A stretch of 64,000 nucleotides of DNA, taken from positions 990 to 64,989 of the forward strand of contig JAFGCQ010000004.1 in NCBI GenBank assembly GCA_016932555.1. The letters are read 5' to 3'. Source of the stretch: Candidatus Zambryskiibacteriota bacterium (GTDB lineage: Bacteria; Patescibacteriota; Minisyncoccia; Phycocordibacterales; WO2-35-19). Under the pieces are notes generated by a model. That model saw only the letters and a program-made list of their open reading frames with translations. It was not told the origin of the DNA and made no database searches. Positions 1 to 10,632 of this stretch are shown here, in pieces (the stretch's first letter is position 1; each line of letters starts with the position of its first letter). Position numbers and translations under genes: made by a program.

Positions 1-875
1 AAAGCGGTAAATTCATCAAAAATAACAGCCTTGCCTTCAGCCATAGCTTTGGACAAAGGACCGTAAATCTCTACAGTTTCAATAGTTCCACCTTTAGCTG
101 GACGGATACCGGTTTTACCCCAAACATTTGACTCTTTGGTTTGGGGACTACAATAAACCATTTCTGGATCTCTAGCAGTGAAATCTCCGGCCACAAGACG
201 AGCTAAAGAAGTTTTACCAGTCCCTGTCGGTCCATGCAAAAATATCGGTTTGCCAGTAAGCATCCTTTCACCGACAGCGTCAGCATTATTTTTAACACTA
301 GGAGTCATACAAATGTGTCCCGTTTCTGAAAGTTCCTCTTTATATTTTATAAGTTCTGTTTCTCTTAAAACTAGCGGATCCATTTCTGACATTTTCCCCT
401 CACTTGTCTTAATCTCACTATTAGCCATTTTTATAACATTTTCGTTTCTTTTCTTAGTAGAAAACGAAACTGTCGGATCCAAAATTTCAAATTGACGACG
501 CATTCTAAATCTTTTTAATTCATCAATATTTTTTATTTCCTTCAAAACTGGATCAATTTCTGGTTCTGTTTTCAATATCTCTTCATAATCAATGTTTGCC
601 CTATTACCCAAAATTTCGGATTCGTATTCTGTTTTTTGCTTTTTCAAGGTTTCTTTAGCTTCACCGAAACTTTCGTAATCTTCTATTTTAAATTCCCTTG
701 CTTTCGCATTTATTTCTTCCATTGGTTCTTTGTAAAACTTCTCAAAAATTGCACCATTAGAACTTTTGAGATCCGTAATGGCTTTCCTTAATTCTTTTCT
801 CTGTTCAGAAATTTCGTGAAAATTAAGAGATTTTTCACTTTCGTTTGGTAGTGTTGAATTAGGTATTTTTTCCAT
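1..875 (-). CDS. AAA+ ATPase, N-terminal part. The gene starts at 875 and runs off the window start. It has a coiled-coil/K/E-rich N-terminus followed by a P-loop.
   Basis: Minus-strand translation from ATG (rc of 873-875) is open to position 1. It contains the Walker A motif LHGPTGTGKTSLARL and a Walker B-like motif AVIFDEF. It is absent from the ORF track because it is truncated. Confidence 0.6.
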   Translation of the reverse strand, partial: MEKIPNSTLPNESEKSLNFHEISEQRKELRKAITDLKSSNGAIFEKFYKEPMEEINAKAREFKIEDYESFGEAKETLKKQKTEYESEILGNRANIDYEEILKTEPEIDPVLKEIKNIDELKRFRMRRQFEILDPTVSFSTKKRNENVIKMANSEIKTSEGKMSEMDPLVLRETELIKYKEELSETGHICMTPSVKNNADAVGERMLTGKPIFLHGPTGTGKTSLARLVAGDFTARDPEMVYCSPQTKESNVWGKTGIRPAKGGTIETVEIYGPLSKAMAEGKAVIFDEFTA

Positions 876-904
876 AGCGATATTTTATCACAAATTTAAA
901 ATCT

Positions 905-979
905 TGGAGCCGTTGGTGAGAATTGAACTCACGACCTACTCCTTACCATGGAGTTGCTCTGCCCCTGAGCTACAACGGC
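905..979 (-). tRNA. tRNA-Thr (anticodon GGT)
   Basis: Cloverleaf on the minus strand: acceptor GCCGTTG/CAACGGC, D stem GCTC/GAGC, anticodon stem ACTCC/GGAGT with loop ATGGTAA, T arm GTGAG-TTCAATT-CTCAC, 3' CCA encoded. Confidence 0.8.
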
Positions 980-1001
980 TTATTTATTTTTATATCATAT
1001 T

Positions 1002-1928
1002 TTATTGAATCTTGCAGACTCTTTGAAGTTCCGCTAGATCTTCTGGGGTGAGATTCAGAGAAGTTTGATTATCGCCGCTTGATAGATAATACATAATCGA
1101 ATCTGGATTATCGACATGCTCTAAACCTAGGGCGTGACCAAATTCGTGTGTTAGAGCTAATATCAAGTCTTTTTTATTGCCATATTGATAAACATTTATC
1201 TCTTGACCATTATATTCGGCTTGGTTGAACTCTAGCCCTCTATCGTATCGTTTATTATAATCTCTGGCTATTTGATTGTATTCAGATGCTTTATTGTTGC
1301 GAGTCTTTAAAAGTGTATTTAATTCAACACCCATTTGGTTTACAGCAGAAGCTTCGGTGTTTAATCTTAAAGCTTCAGAGTTTAAATAATGTCTTTCTGC
1401 TTCCAAAGATTCAAATATGGCTTGTAAGGCACCTGCCTGCGCAGGCAGGCCGCCTCTACTATTCCAATCTTGGACTTCGGCTTCATAAGCTGCTTTGCGA
1501 CTTTGAAATATAGCTAAAGCTTTTTCATAAGCGGAAACTCGGCTTTCATATTGGTTTTTAAAACTATTGAATTCCTGATCCAATTTTTTAAAAACTTCTT
1601 CAATAGCTGAAAGACCAAATTCAGTTCTCTGTTTTTGCAAGGTAGCCAGCTGTCTTTCATCGTAAACTAAATTAACCTTAAAATCGGCTCCCTCTTCGTA
1701 AGAAAAAACATTTTTATTCAAGGCCCTCTCCCAAACTTCCTCGGCTTCAAACAAATAAATTTTAAATTCAGCTTCAGTAATACCAAACTCTGTGTCAAAT
1801 CGACCAATTTCGTATTTAAGAGCCCGATCGCAAGGGTTTAAAGTCTTTTCATAAACAAAGTAGCCTGAAGCGCCGATGAGCGCCAAAAGCGCTATTATCG
1901 CCAAGCCATTTCCCAGTTTTTTTAGCAT
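1002..1928 (-). CDS. Membrane-anchored metzincin (matrixin/M10-like) zinc metalloprotease
   Basis: HEFGHALGLEH (HEXXHXXGXXH) followed by a Met-turn SIMYY. N-terminal TM helix, then coiled-coil-rich region. Confidence 0.7.
   Translation of the reverse strand: MLKKLGNGLAIIALLALIGASGYFVYEKTLNPCDRALKYEIGRFDTEFGITEAEFKIYLFEAEEVWERALNKNVFSYEEGADFKVNLVYDERQLATLQKQRTEFGLSAIEEVFKKLDQEFNSFKNQYESRVSAYEKALAIFQSRKAAYEAEVQDWNSRGGLPAQAGALQAIFESLEAERHYLNSEALRLNTEASAVNQMGVELNTLLKTRNNKASEYNQIARDYNKRYDRGLEFNQAEYNGQEINVYQYGNKKDLILALTHEFGHALGLEHVDNPDSIMYYLSSGDNQTSLNLTPEDLAELQRVCKIQ
1432..1449. repeat. GC-rich perfect palindrome CCTGCCTGCGCAGGCAGG, copy 1. It lies in-frame inside the metzincin gene and encodes LPAQAG.
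   Basis: 18-mer identical to 61389-61406. With flanks it forms a 20-nt identity, GGCCTGCCTGCGCAGGCAGG, on the coding strand. It is GC-rich in an AT-rich gene. Confidence 0.85.
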
Positions 1929-2000
1929 AAATTAAATATATCATAAAAAAGCCGCCCCAATAAAAATAATTATCAAGGCAGCTCGCTTTTAAAAATAAAA

Positions 2001-2396
2001 CTAATGCACCTCTTTGGAAAAAACAAAGGACATAAAGAAATCTTGCTGCTCTTTTCTCGCTAGAGCATCTTTGATTGCTGGCCTTAGTATCTCAGACAAG
2101 GCTTCAGCCGCTTCAATAGTAAGTAATAATTTAATTCTTCTTTTACCGCCGCGCCTCACAAGTTCCAATTGCATAGGCTCAAGCTTGCCGTTTTTTACAT
2201 CTTGCGGTCCAATTTTTTGCTGGAAGACAAGTATTAAATCACTTGAATAAACTCCAGCTGGAAATACAGATACTTGTCGGCCACCACCAAGAAATCTGCA
2301 ATAAGCCATAGGTTTTTTGAGCATGTTGAAACAGTTAAAGAATGTTTTGAGCATAAAGACCTCCTTCTGCCTTAGATAATACCCAAAATTTCGCAA
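2001..2396 (-). CDS. hypothetical protein
   Basis: 131-aa ORF with no recognisable motif. The start may be an internal Met. Confidence 0.3.
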   Translation of the reverse strand: MRNFGYYLRQKEVFMLKTFFNCFNMLKKPMAYCRFLGGGRQVSVFPAGVYSSDLILVFQQKIGPQDVKNGKLEPMQLELVRRGGKRRIKLLLTIEAAEALSEILRPAIKDALARKEQQDFFMSFVFSKEVH

Positions 2397-2415
2397 AAAA
2401 CAATCTCCAACAAAG

Positions 2416-2448
2416 AAAAAAGGAGGAGGGCTCCCCTTCTCCTTTTTG
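2416..2448. terminator. Bidirectional Rho-independent terminator-like hairpin
   Basis: AAAAAGGAG...CTCCTTTTT stem with a GC-rich loop. It is flanked by A and T runs on both strands. Confidence 0.5.
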
Positions 2449-2646
2449 AGTGTGGTCTAATATTTTTTACCTTGACACAGACTACTTGTCCTGAGTTGAG
2501 CCGAAGGAGTGGTTTACTATGAGCCTGTCGAATAGACGATGCCCGCCACGTGATAAATTGTGTAGCAATTTATTTTACGTGGTTAGAACTGCAATTATGA
2601 GTAACCACACGCATTTTCCTGAAATAATTTATGCTAAAATAACTTC

Positions 2647-3129
2647 ATGAAGAAAATCAATATTTATATTGATGGAAATAATCTTTATCGCAGTGCCAAA
2701 GAACTCGGATTTGAAATTGATTATAAAAAATTTAGAGGCTGGCTTCGCCAAAAATACAATCCGCAATTTGTTTATCTTTTCATAGGTCTCGTTCCAGAAA
2801 GGGCAAAATTCTATGAATATTTGCAAAAATCAGGGTTTATTTTGGTTTTCAAACAAACCGTATCGGTTGGAGAAAAAATAAAGGGAAATTGCGATGCAGA
2901 ATTAGTGTTAAAAACCACTTCTGATTTTTATACCAAAGCTTTTGATTCCTGTATTTTAATAACAGGAGATGGGGATTTCGGCTGTTTGGTAGAATTCTTG
3001 CAAGAAAATAAATCGATGAATCGTGTTATAGCTCCCGATGAAAATAAATGCTCTTTTTTATTAAGAAATAAAAATGTTGAGATAACATTCTTAAACGACC
3101 ACTACCACAAGTTTTCTAAAAAGATATAA
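2647..3129 (+). CDS. NYN-domain (LabA-like / DUF88) predicted nuclease
   Basis: IYIDGNNLY ... NCDAELVLK ... ITGDGDFGCLVEFL pattern typical of NYN/LabA domains. Confidence 0.6.
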   Translation: MKKINIYIDGNNLYRSAKELGFEIDYKKFRGWLRQKYNPQFVYLFIGLVPERAKFYEYLQKSGFILVFKQTVSVGEKIKGNCDAELVLKTTSDFYTKAFDSCILITGDGDFGCLVEFLQENKSMNRVIAPDENKCSFLLRNKNVEITFLNDHYHKFSKKI

Positions 3130-3258
3130 AAGAAAAAGCCCCCGGTGCAGACGAATCTACACAAGGGTCTTTTTCATAGTGATACCTAGAGTATATACCT
3201 AAAAAAATATCTGTCAAGCAAAGTTGTGGATGATGTTAGAACTGATATATTAAAAAGA

Positions 3259-3293
3259 AAAAGCCCGTTGATATTATCTCTGGGCTTTGTTTA
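3259..3293. terminator. Rho-independent terminator-like hairpin (AAAAGCCC-loop-GGGCTTTGTTT)
   Basis: GC stem flanked by A/T runs, between the convergent NYN gene and ORF 3334-3705. Confidence 0.5.
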
Positions 3294-3333
3294 CCGAGAA
3301 GAGTTTTTAACCCAATCCTCCTCGCCCTTAACT

Positions 3334-3705
3334 TCATGCAGGGCTTTGAACACTGAGTGTTGAGTATATGTTTTCCAGAGATATTCGGTTTTCTATCCCT
3401 GCTGCACCAGGAGCATCTGCACTTCCACGAATTTCAGGATGCTGATAATGCCAGTTGCGAGTCCATTCTTTGTCAGTCTCAACAATAACTGCATCAACTG
3501 GTATTCCATGTTCTTTAGCAAAGACAAAAATACTCGCTACAGCAATCTGACCGTTCAAACAGAATGCTTTATTTCCCAAGTATTCAATAACCTGTTCAGC
3601 GTTATTGTTCAGATTCTGGCGCAAATAAAAATAAGAGTATTTTGGTGAAATATTCGTTGGCGCGACCGATGGGATTTGGTCAGGAATATCCCACCCTTCA
3701 GTCAA
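3334..3705 (-). CDS. Hypothetical protein, GC-richer than its surroundings. Possibly horizontally acquired or a gene remnant.
   Basis: 123-aa ORF with local GC near 50 percent against about 33 percent background. Its 5' end overlaps a partial duplicate of the tRNA-Asp 3' end. No recognisable family. Confidence 0.35.
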   Translation of the reverse strand: MTEGWDIPDQIPSVAPTNISPKYSYFYLRQNLNNNAEQVIEYLGNKAFCLNGQIAVASIFVFAKEHGIPVDAVIVETDKEWTRNWHYQHPEIRGSADAPGAAGIENRISLENIYSTLSVQSPA

Positions 3706-3862
3706 GGGCGGGATTTCACGACCCTGGCTCGCCTGTTTTGATTGCTATCAAAACATAGCTGTGCCTTTCAAGTCACCAACGCAAGCCAGAGCAGTCTGGC
3801 TTGCTTCTGTTCCGAGCATAGACACAAAAATCACTAGCAGAAACTAGTGATTTTTGGTCTTG

Positions 3863-3937
3863 CGCGACCGATGGGACTTGAACCCACAACCTCCCGCGTG
3901 ACAGGCGGGTGCTCTAACCAAGTTGAGCTACGATCGC
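3863..3937 (-). tRNA. tRNA-Asp (anticodon GTC)
   Basis: Acceptor GCGATCG/CGGTCGC, D arm GCTC..GAGC, anticodon stem CCCGC/GCGGG with loop CTGTCAC, T arm GTGGG-TTCAAGT-CCCAT. CCA is not encoded. Two hairpins follow on the minus strand. Confidence 0.8.
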
Positions 3938-4052
3938 ATTTTTATATATTTTTCAAAAATCTCTCTTTTCCTTTTTAGAAATAATTTTGAAAAACCTATC
4001 CTATTATACATAAAATCATAGAGTTTTAAAGACCCTATGCTATAATTTAAAC

Positions 4053-4256
4053 ATGCAACCAGAAGAACAAAATAAAATAGCCGAACTAGAGGCTAAGATT
4101 GACGCAATTTATAAGTCAGTCGAGAAAACTCGTAAAATAATGCTTTGGACGAGCATAATTACTGCAGCAGTCATCATTTTGCCACTAATCGGGCTCTTAT
4201 TCGTGATACCTTCGTTTATAGATTCTTACACTACTGCTCTAGACGGCCTTCTGTAA
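4053..4256 (+). CDS. Small membrane protein (one TM helix), hypothetical
   Basis: 67-aa ORF with a C-terminal hydrophobic helix. A TATAAT box ends only 6-7 nt upstream of the ATG, suggesting a leaderless transcript. Confidence 0.4.
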   Translation: MQPEEQNKIAELEAKIDAIYKSVEKTRKIMLWTSIITAAVIILPLIGLLFVIPSFIDSYTTALDGLL

Positions 4257-4467
4257 GCTTATTCCTCATTTCTATAATCATAGTAGTAAACCAAGTTAAG
4301 AAAGAAGCCAGGCCAACAACAAAAAAAGTTAGAACATATTGCATGATAGTGTTTGGCCCTTGAGATGACTGCTCCATAGGGCCCCAAATAGCTATGAGCA
4401 TGAGAATAGCGGTAATCACCATGCAGGAAAGGAATATTCTTAATGTGGCTTTTTGTAATTTGCGCAT
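4231..4467 (-). CDS. Small membrane protein (two TM helices), hypothetical
   Basis: 78-aa ORF, convergent with 4053-4256 and overlapping its end. Confidence 0.35.
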   Translation of the reverse strand: MRKLQKATLRIFLSCMVITAILMLIAIWGPMEQSSQGPNTIMQYVLTFFVVGLASFLTWFTTMIIEMRNKLTEGRLEQ

Positions 4468-4542
4468 ATTTTATTAAATTATTTTTAATGGCTTGTCATG
4501 TGGGACGTGAATTTGCGAAGTGAATTTTTACGTTCTTTACGT

Positions 4543-4618
4543 GGTGCCGACGATTGGACTCGAACCAATGACCTGGCGCTTATGAAACACCCGCTCTAAC
4601 CACCTGAGCTACGTCGGC
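4543..4618 (-). tRNA. tRNA with CAT anticodon. Elongator Met or Ile2-lysidine type, not initiator.
   Basis: Acceptor GCCGACG/CGTCGGC, D arm GCTC-AGGTGGTT-AGAGC, anticodon loop TTCATAA, T arm ATTGG-TTCGAGT-CCAAT, CCA encoded. No GGG/CCC in the anticodon stem, so not initiator. Confidence 0.75.
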
Positions 4619-4716
4619 AATATATCCTTAAATTATCCACATTTTTGGTCATTTTGCAAAGCTTTGTTTCTTAATTTTTTTATGGTAAACTGCAATTTAC
4701 AGATTGGTTTTGTTAT

Positions 4717-4787
4717 TGCGGGGTAGAGTAATAGTAACTCGCAAGGCTCATAACCTTGAAATTTTGGTGCAAATCCAAACTCCGCAA
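4717..4787 (+). tRNA. Second CAT-anticodon tRNA or tRNA-like. Atypical T-loop TGCAAAT. Possibly tRNA-Ile2 or Met, or a pseudo-tRNA.
   Basis: Cloverleaf: acceptor TGCGGGG/CTCCGCA (7 bp, one GU), D stem GAGT/ACTC, anticodon stem CAAGG/CCTTG with loop CTCATAA, T stem TTTGG/CCAAA. Position 55 is G, which is unusual. A terminator hairpin follows at about 4836-4865. Confidence 0.5.
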
Positions 4788-4922
4788 CCGCGTAAAAGAA
4801 TTGCTGCGCAATTCTCACGCGGCTGCGCCAGCAAGCCGAGTGAACAAAAACACCCATGTTGGGTGTTTTTGTTTTAAGCGAGCCACGTTATGAGCGATAG
4901 CAAATTTTACATGGCCATGATT

Positions 4923-5597
4923 TTAAATAAGATAAAACTCTTTAAAGACCGCTTCATAGAGGGAGATGATGCGGCGAATTTCACGCTGATTGACCAAAAA
5001 ATCGTTGCCTTCGTGAGCAATCTTATTGCGCGCTTTATGAGCTTCCCAGGCTAAGTCTATGGTTACAAAATCGCTTTTTTCTACAACTTTCATTTTGTCT
5101 GCCATTGTGTCACCTGGCAGTTTAAGTTTTTCCAAGAGTTCATCAAGCATGATATCAGCTTCTATGATAGCAAGTCTCCAATCTGAAGAGTTTTCTGATT
5201 CTGAAAGTTTTACAATTCTTTCCCATTTTTCATTTTTTTTATCTTTACTTGAACTTTCCATTGGAATATTTGCTAGCATATCTGATGGATAAACTTTAGC
5301 TCTTTCTTCCCGTGAGATTCGATTCCATTTCTGGGTGAATACATAAGCAGCAAACATAGCAAAAAGAGCAATAATTAAACTAAGGATTTTCCACCAAAAA
5401 GCAGTGGATTTAAAGAAAGCTATTATACCAACTAGTTTAATACCATAAAAAGAAATTTCTCCAGAAATAAAATAATTTATGATATTTGGCACTATAGCGC
5501 CGACAATAGCGGTCAAAAATAAAAGTACTACCGTCATTTCTACAGCATCAAAATTCCAACCCTCTAACCAACTCTCTGATTCTTTGTCATTATTCAT
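4923..5597 (-). CDS. Membrane-anchored protein with a C-terminal DUF4145/HEPN-like domain
   Basis: Three N-terminal TM helices. The C-terminal region GDTMADKMKVV...LAWEAHKARNKIAHEGNDF fits the DUF4145/HEPN Rx4H signature. Confidence 0.5.
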   Translation of the reverse strand: MNNDKESESWLEGWNFDAVEMTVVLLFLTAIVGAIVPNIINYFISGEISFYGIKLVGIIAFFKSTAFWWKILSLIIALFAMFAAYVFTQKWNRISREERAKVYPSDMLANIPMESSSKDKKNEKWERIVKLSESENSSDWRLAIIEADIMLDELLEKLKLPGDTMADKMKVVEKSDFVTIDLAWEAHKARNKIAHEGNDFLVNQREIRRIISLYEAVFKEFYLI

Positions 5598-5609
5598 ATT
5601 TTAAAATTA

Positions 5610-7079
5610 TTAAGTTGTCTCTCCCAGAAAATTTTTGCCAATTTCGAATAAAACATTTTCATTGCCATGAGCAGACATAAGTTGTATGCCAATCGGCAGA
5701 TCTTTGTCATTTATTTTAGCAAATCCAGACGGGATCGAAATAGCGGGTATGCCGGCGATATTAGCTGTAACCGTAAAAATATCAGCCAGATAATTTTCTA
5801 AGGGGCTAGTTTTTTCTCCTATCTTCCAGGCTGGTGTCGGAGCCGTCGGAGTTAAAACTACATTTACTTCATTAAAAGCTTTATTGAATTCATTCTTAAT
5901 AACTTCTCTAGCTGCCATAGCTTTGCCATAATAAGCGTCATAATAGCCGGCTGAGAGCACGTAGGTGCCAAGTATAATCCGCCTTCGTACTTCCGGACCT
6001 AAGCCTTCACCCCTAGTTTTTTTGTAAACTTCCATCAGATTACTTGTCCTGAGCGGAGTCGAAGGGTTGCCGTCCAAAGATAAACCGTATTTGATACCAT
6101 CATATCTGGCCATATTTGATGAGACTTCTGCCGGCATAATTATGTAATAAATAGTGAGTGATTTGTCTATATTTGGTAGTTTAATATCTTTAATTTCAAA
6201 ACCCAAATTTTTTAATTTTTCTACTGATTCTTCAAAATTTTCTTTCACTTCTCTCGAAATACCATCCTGCTCAAGTAAATGATAAGGCACGCCGATTCTT
6301 AAATCCCGAGATGAATCTTGGAGTGACCCGACCGATTTGCCGTCATGGCGGACAGGAATATGCGAAGTGCTATCATACTTGTCCTGACCTTTTATAACAT
6401 TAAAAATTATTTCAGCATCAGCAACTGATTTAGTGATAGGTCCTATTACATCAAGAGATGACCCCATGGCCATAAGGCCATAGCGAGATACGCTGCCGTA
6501 AGTTGGCTTCAACCCTACACAGCCACAAAAGCTGGCTGGTTCCCTGATTGAACCACCCGTATCCGATCCTAAGGCTCCTAGAGCCATATTAGCCGCTACA
6601 GCGGCCGCAGAGCCACCAGAAGAGCCACCAGCTACTTTTTCCGGATCATGGGGATTTCTGGTCACTCCAAACGCTGAATTCTCGGTAGAGCCACCCATAG
6701 CGAATTCATCCATATTGGTTCTGCCTATAAATATTCCATTTTGTTCAAGAATTTTCTTCGCTGCAGTAGCTGTGTATGTCGCTTTGTAATTTTCTAAAAT
6801 CTTAGAAGCAGCGCTGGCCTTCTTGCCTTTTATTAAAATATTATCCTTTATAGCTAAAGGTATACCGGTTAAATCTTTGGAATCGCCTTGATCAATGATT
6901 TTTTGAGCCAATTTGGCTTGCTCTAAAATATCATCATAAACTTCCAAATAAATATTAAGTTCTTTATTTTTATCTTCAATCTGCAGAAGGGCACCTTCTG
7001 TAAGTTCTTTAGCCGAAATCTCTTTGCTATCTAGCAATTTTCTCGCTTCTTTAATTGTCAAATCTTCTATTTGTGTCAT
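5610..7079 (-). CDS. gatA: Asp-tRNA(Asn)/Glu-tRNA(Gln) amidotransferase subunit A
   Basis: Amidase signature GGSSGGSAAAVAANMALGALGSDTGGSIREPASFCG. 489 aa. Confidence 0.9.
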   Translation of the reverse strand: MTQIEDLTIKEARKLLDSKEISAKELTEGALLQIEDKNKELNIYLEVYDDILEQAKLAQKIIDQGDSKDLTGIPLAIKDNILIKGKKASAASKILENYKATYTATAAKKILEQNGIFIGRTNMDEFAMGGSTENSAFGVTRNPHDPEKVAGGSSGGSAAAVAANMALGALGSDTGGSIREPASFCGCVGLKPTYGSVSRYGLMAMGSSLDVIGPITKSVADAEIIFNVIKGQDKYDSTSHIPVRHDGKSVGSLQDSSRDLRIGVPYHLLEQDGISREVKENFEESVEKLKNLGFEIKDIKLPNIDKSLTIYYIIMPAEVSSNMARYDGIKYGLSLDGNPSTPLRTSNLMEVYKKTRGEGLGPEVRRRIILGTYVLSAGYYDAYYGKAMAAREVIKNEFNKAFNEVNVVLTPTAPTPAWKIGEKTSPLENYLADIFTVTANIAGIPAISIPSGFAKINDKDLPIGIQLMSAHGNENVLFEIGKNFLGETT

Positions 7080-7107
7080 TCGTTTTTTATTTGTAATTAG
7101 TGTCGTG

Positions 7108-7395
7108 TTAAAGTATTTTTTTGACTTTCAAATAATCGCCTTCTCTCTCCGGAAATTCTCCAATGAGCTCTTCTCTACTATCAGGCTTCTCCGGATCAGA
7201 TTCGTCTTCACGCATTACATTTCGAATTTGATTTTCATCAAATTCGTCCCGCGAAGCTTTAGTGAAGTGGGAAATCTGGCCTATATAATCCAAAATGTCA
7301 TCAATTTCGGTACTGAGTTTCTCTATTTCTTTTTCGGTCATCTCTATCCTCGCCAAATCGGCCAGCTTTTTTATGTCTTCTTTAGAAATGCTCAT
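7108..7395 (-). CDS. gatC: Asp-tRNA(Asn)/Glu-tRNA(Gln) amidotransferase subunit C
   Basis: 95-aa GatC-like protein immediately upstream of gatA. Confidence 0.8.
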   Translation of the reverse strand: MSISKEDIKKLADLARIEMTEKEIEKLSTEIDDILDYIGQISHFTKASRDEFDENQIRNVMREDESDPEKPDSREELIGEFPEREGDYLKVKKIL

Positions 7396-7415
7396 ATTTG
7401 GATTATAGCATTTTC

Positions 7416-10052
<2,637 letters not shown>

Positions 10053-10065
<13 letters not shown>

Positions 10066-10628
10066 TTTATTAGATAAGTTTTTAACATAACATTCCTAGT
10101 TTCAGAGCCTTTAGTGTAATAAACCCATACTGTGACTTCTATTTCTCTCCCATTGGGTAATTCTTCAATTTGAATTTTTCTATTAAAAGTGGTACTGTTC
10201 CCACCTAAGGATTGACTATAAATAAATTGGGCATTTTGTTGTAAATTTGGGCAATTTCCGGCTGGGCAAAGTACTAAATCCAATGTCCCATTAGAATTTA
10301 CATTAGCTCGGCAAAATTGACCCGTAGAACAATCAGCAGCTCCCGTTATTCCATCCAGCCAATTGCCTCCTCCACCATTTATTATTTTAAGTTGATTTGA
10401 ATCTCTTATGTTCCTCACTATCTCCATACCTTCTTGAGCTAAATAAAAAGCGGTAATTTCATCTTTAGCTATAATATTTTGGGACAAGCTCTGCCTGACT
10501 GCTCCAAAAACTGCAGTGATGGCGAGAGTGACAGCTAATATAGCCACTATGGCTTCAAGCACTGTAAAACCACCCTGCGGATTTATATTGAATATTGAAT
10601 ATTGAATATTGAATATTTTTTTAATCAT
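10053..10628 (-). CDS. Type IV minor pilin (prepilin-type N-terminal cleavage/methylation domain)
   Basis: GGFTVLEAIVAILAV prepilin motif. A 7-bp tandem repeat lies in its leader-peptide coding region. Confidence 0.7.
10585..10616. repeat. Heptanucleotide tandem repeat (ATATTGA/TATTGAA) x about 4.5, inside the 5' coding region of the minor pilin gene
   Basis: The + strand reads atattgaatattgaatattgaatattgaatatt. It encodes IFNIQYSIFNI of the prepilin leader. The unit length is not a multiple of 3. Confidence 0.85.
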
Positions 10629-10632
10629 AATT

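Noticed and set aside
178-495. Plus-strand ORF of 105 aa from the ORF track
   Set aside because: It lies antisense inside a long, uninterrupted minus-strand reading frame that contains a clear Walker A motif (GPTGTGKT). The minus-strand AAA+ ATPase is the real gene.
1286-1513. Plus-strand ORFs at 1286-1513, 34969-35238 and 61251-61496, which contain the LPAQAG / LPACAG peptides
   Set aside because: They are antisense shadows of the metzincin, folD and rplF genes. They are open only because the GC-rich palindrome reads without stops in several frames.
4633-4857. Minus-strand 74-aa ORF
   Set aside because: It overlaps a well-formed tRNA cloverleaf and a terminator hairpin on the + strand and has no RBS, so it is treated as spurious.
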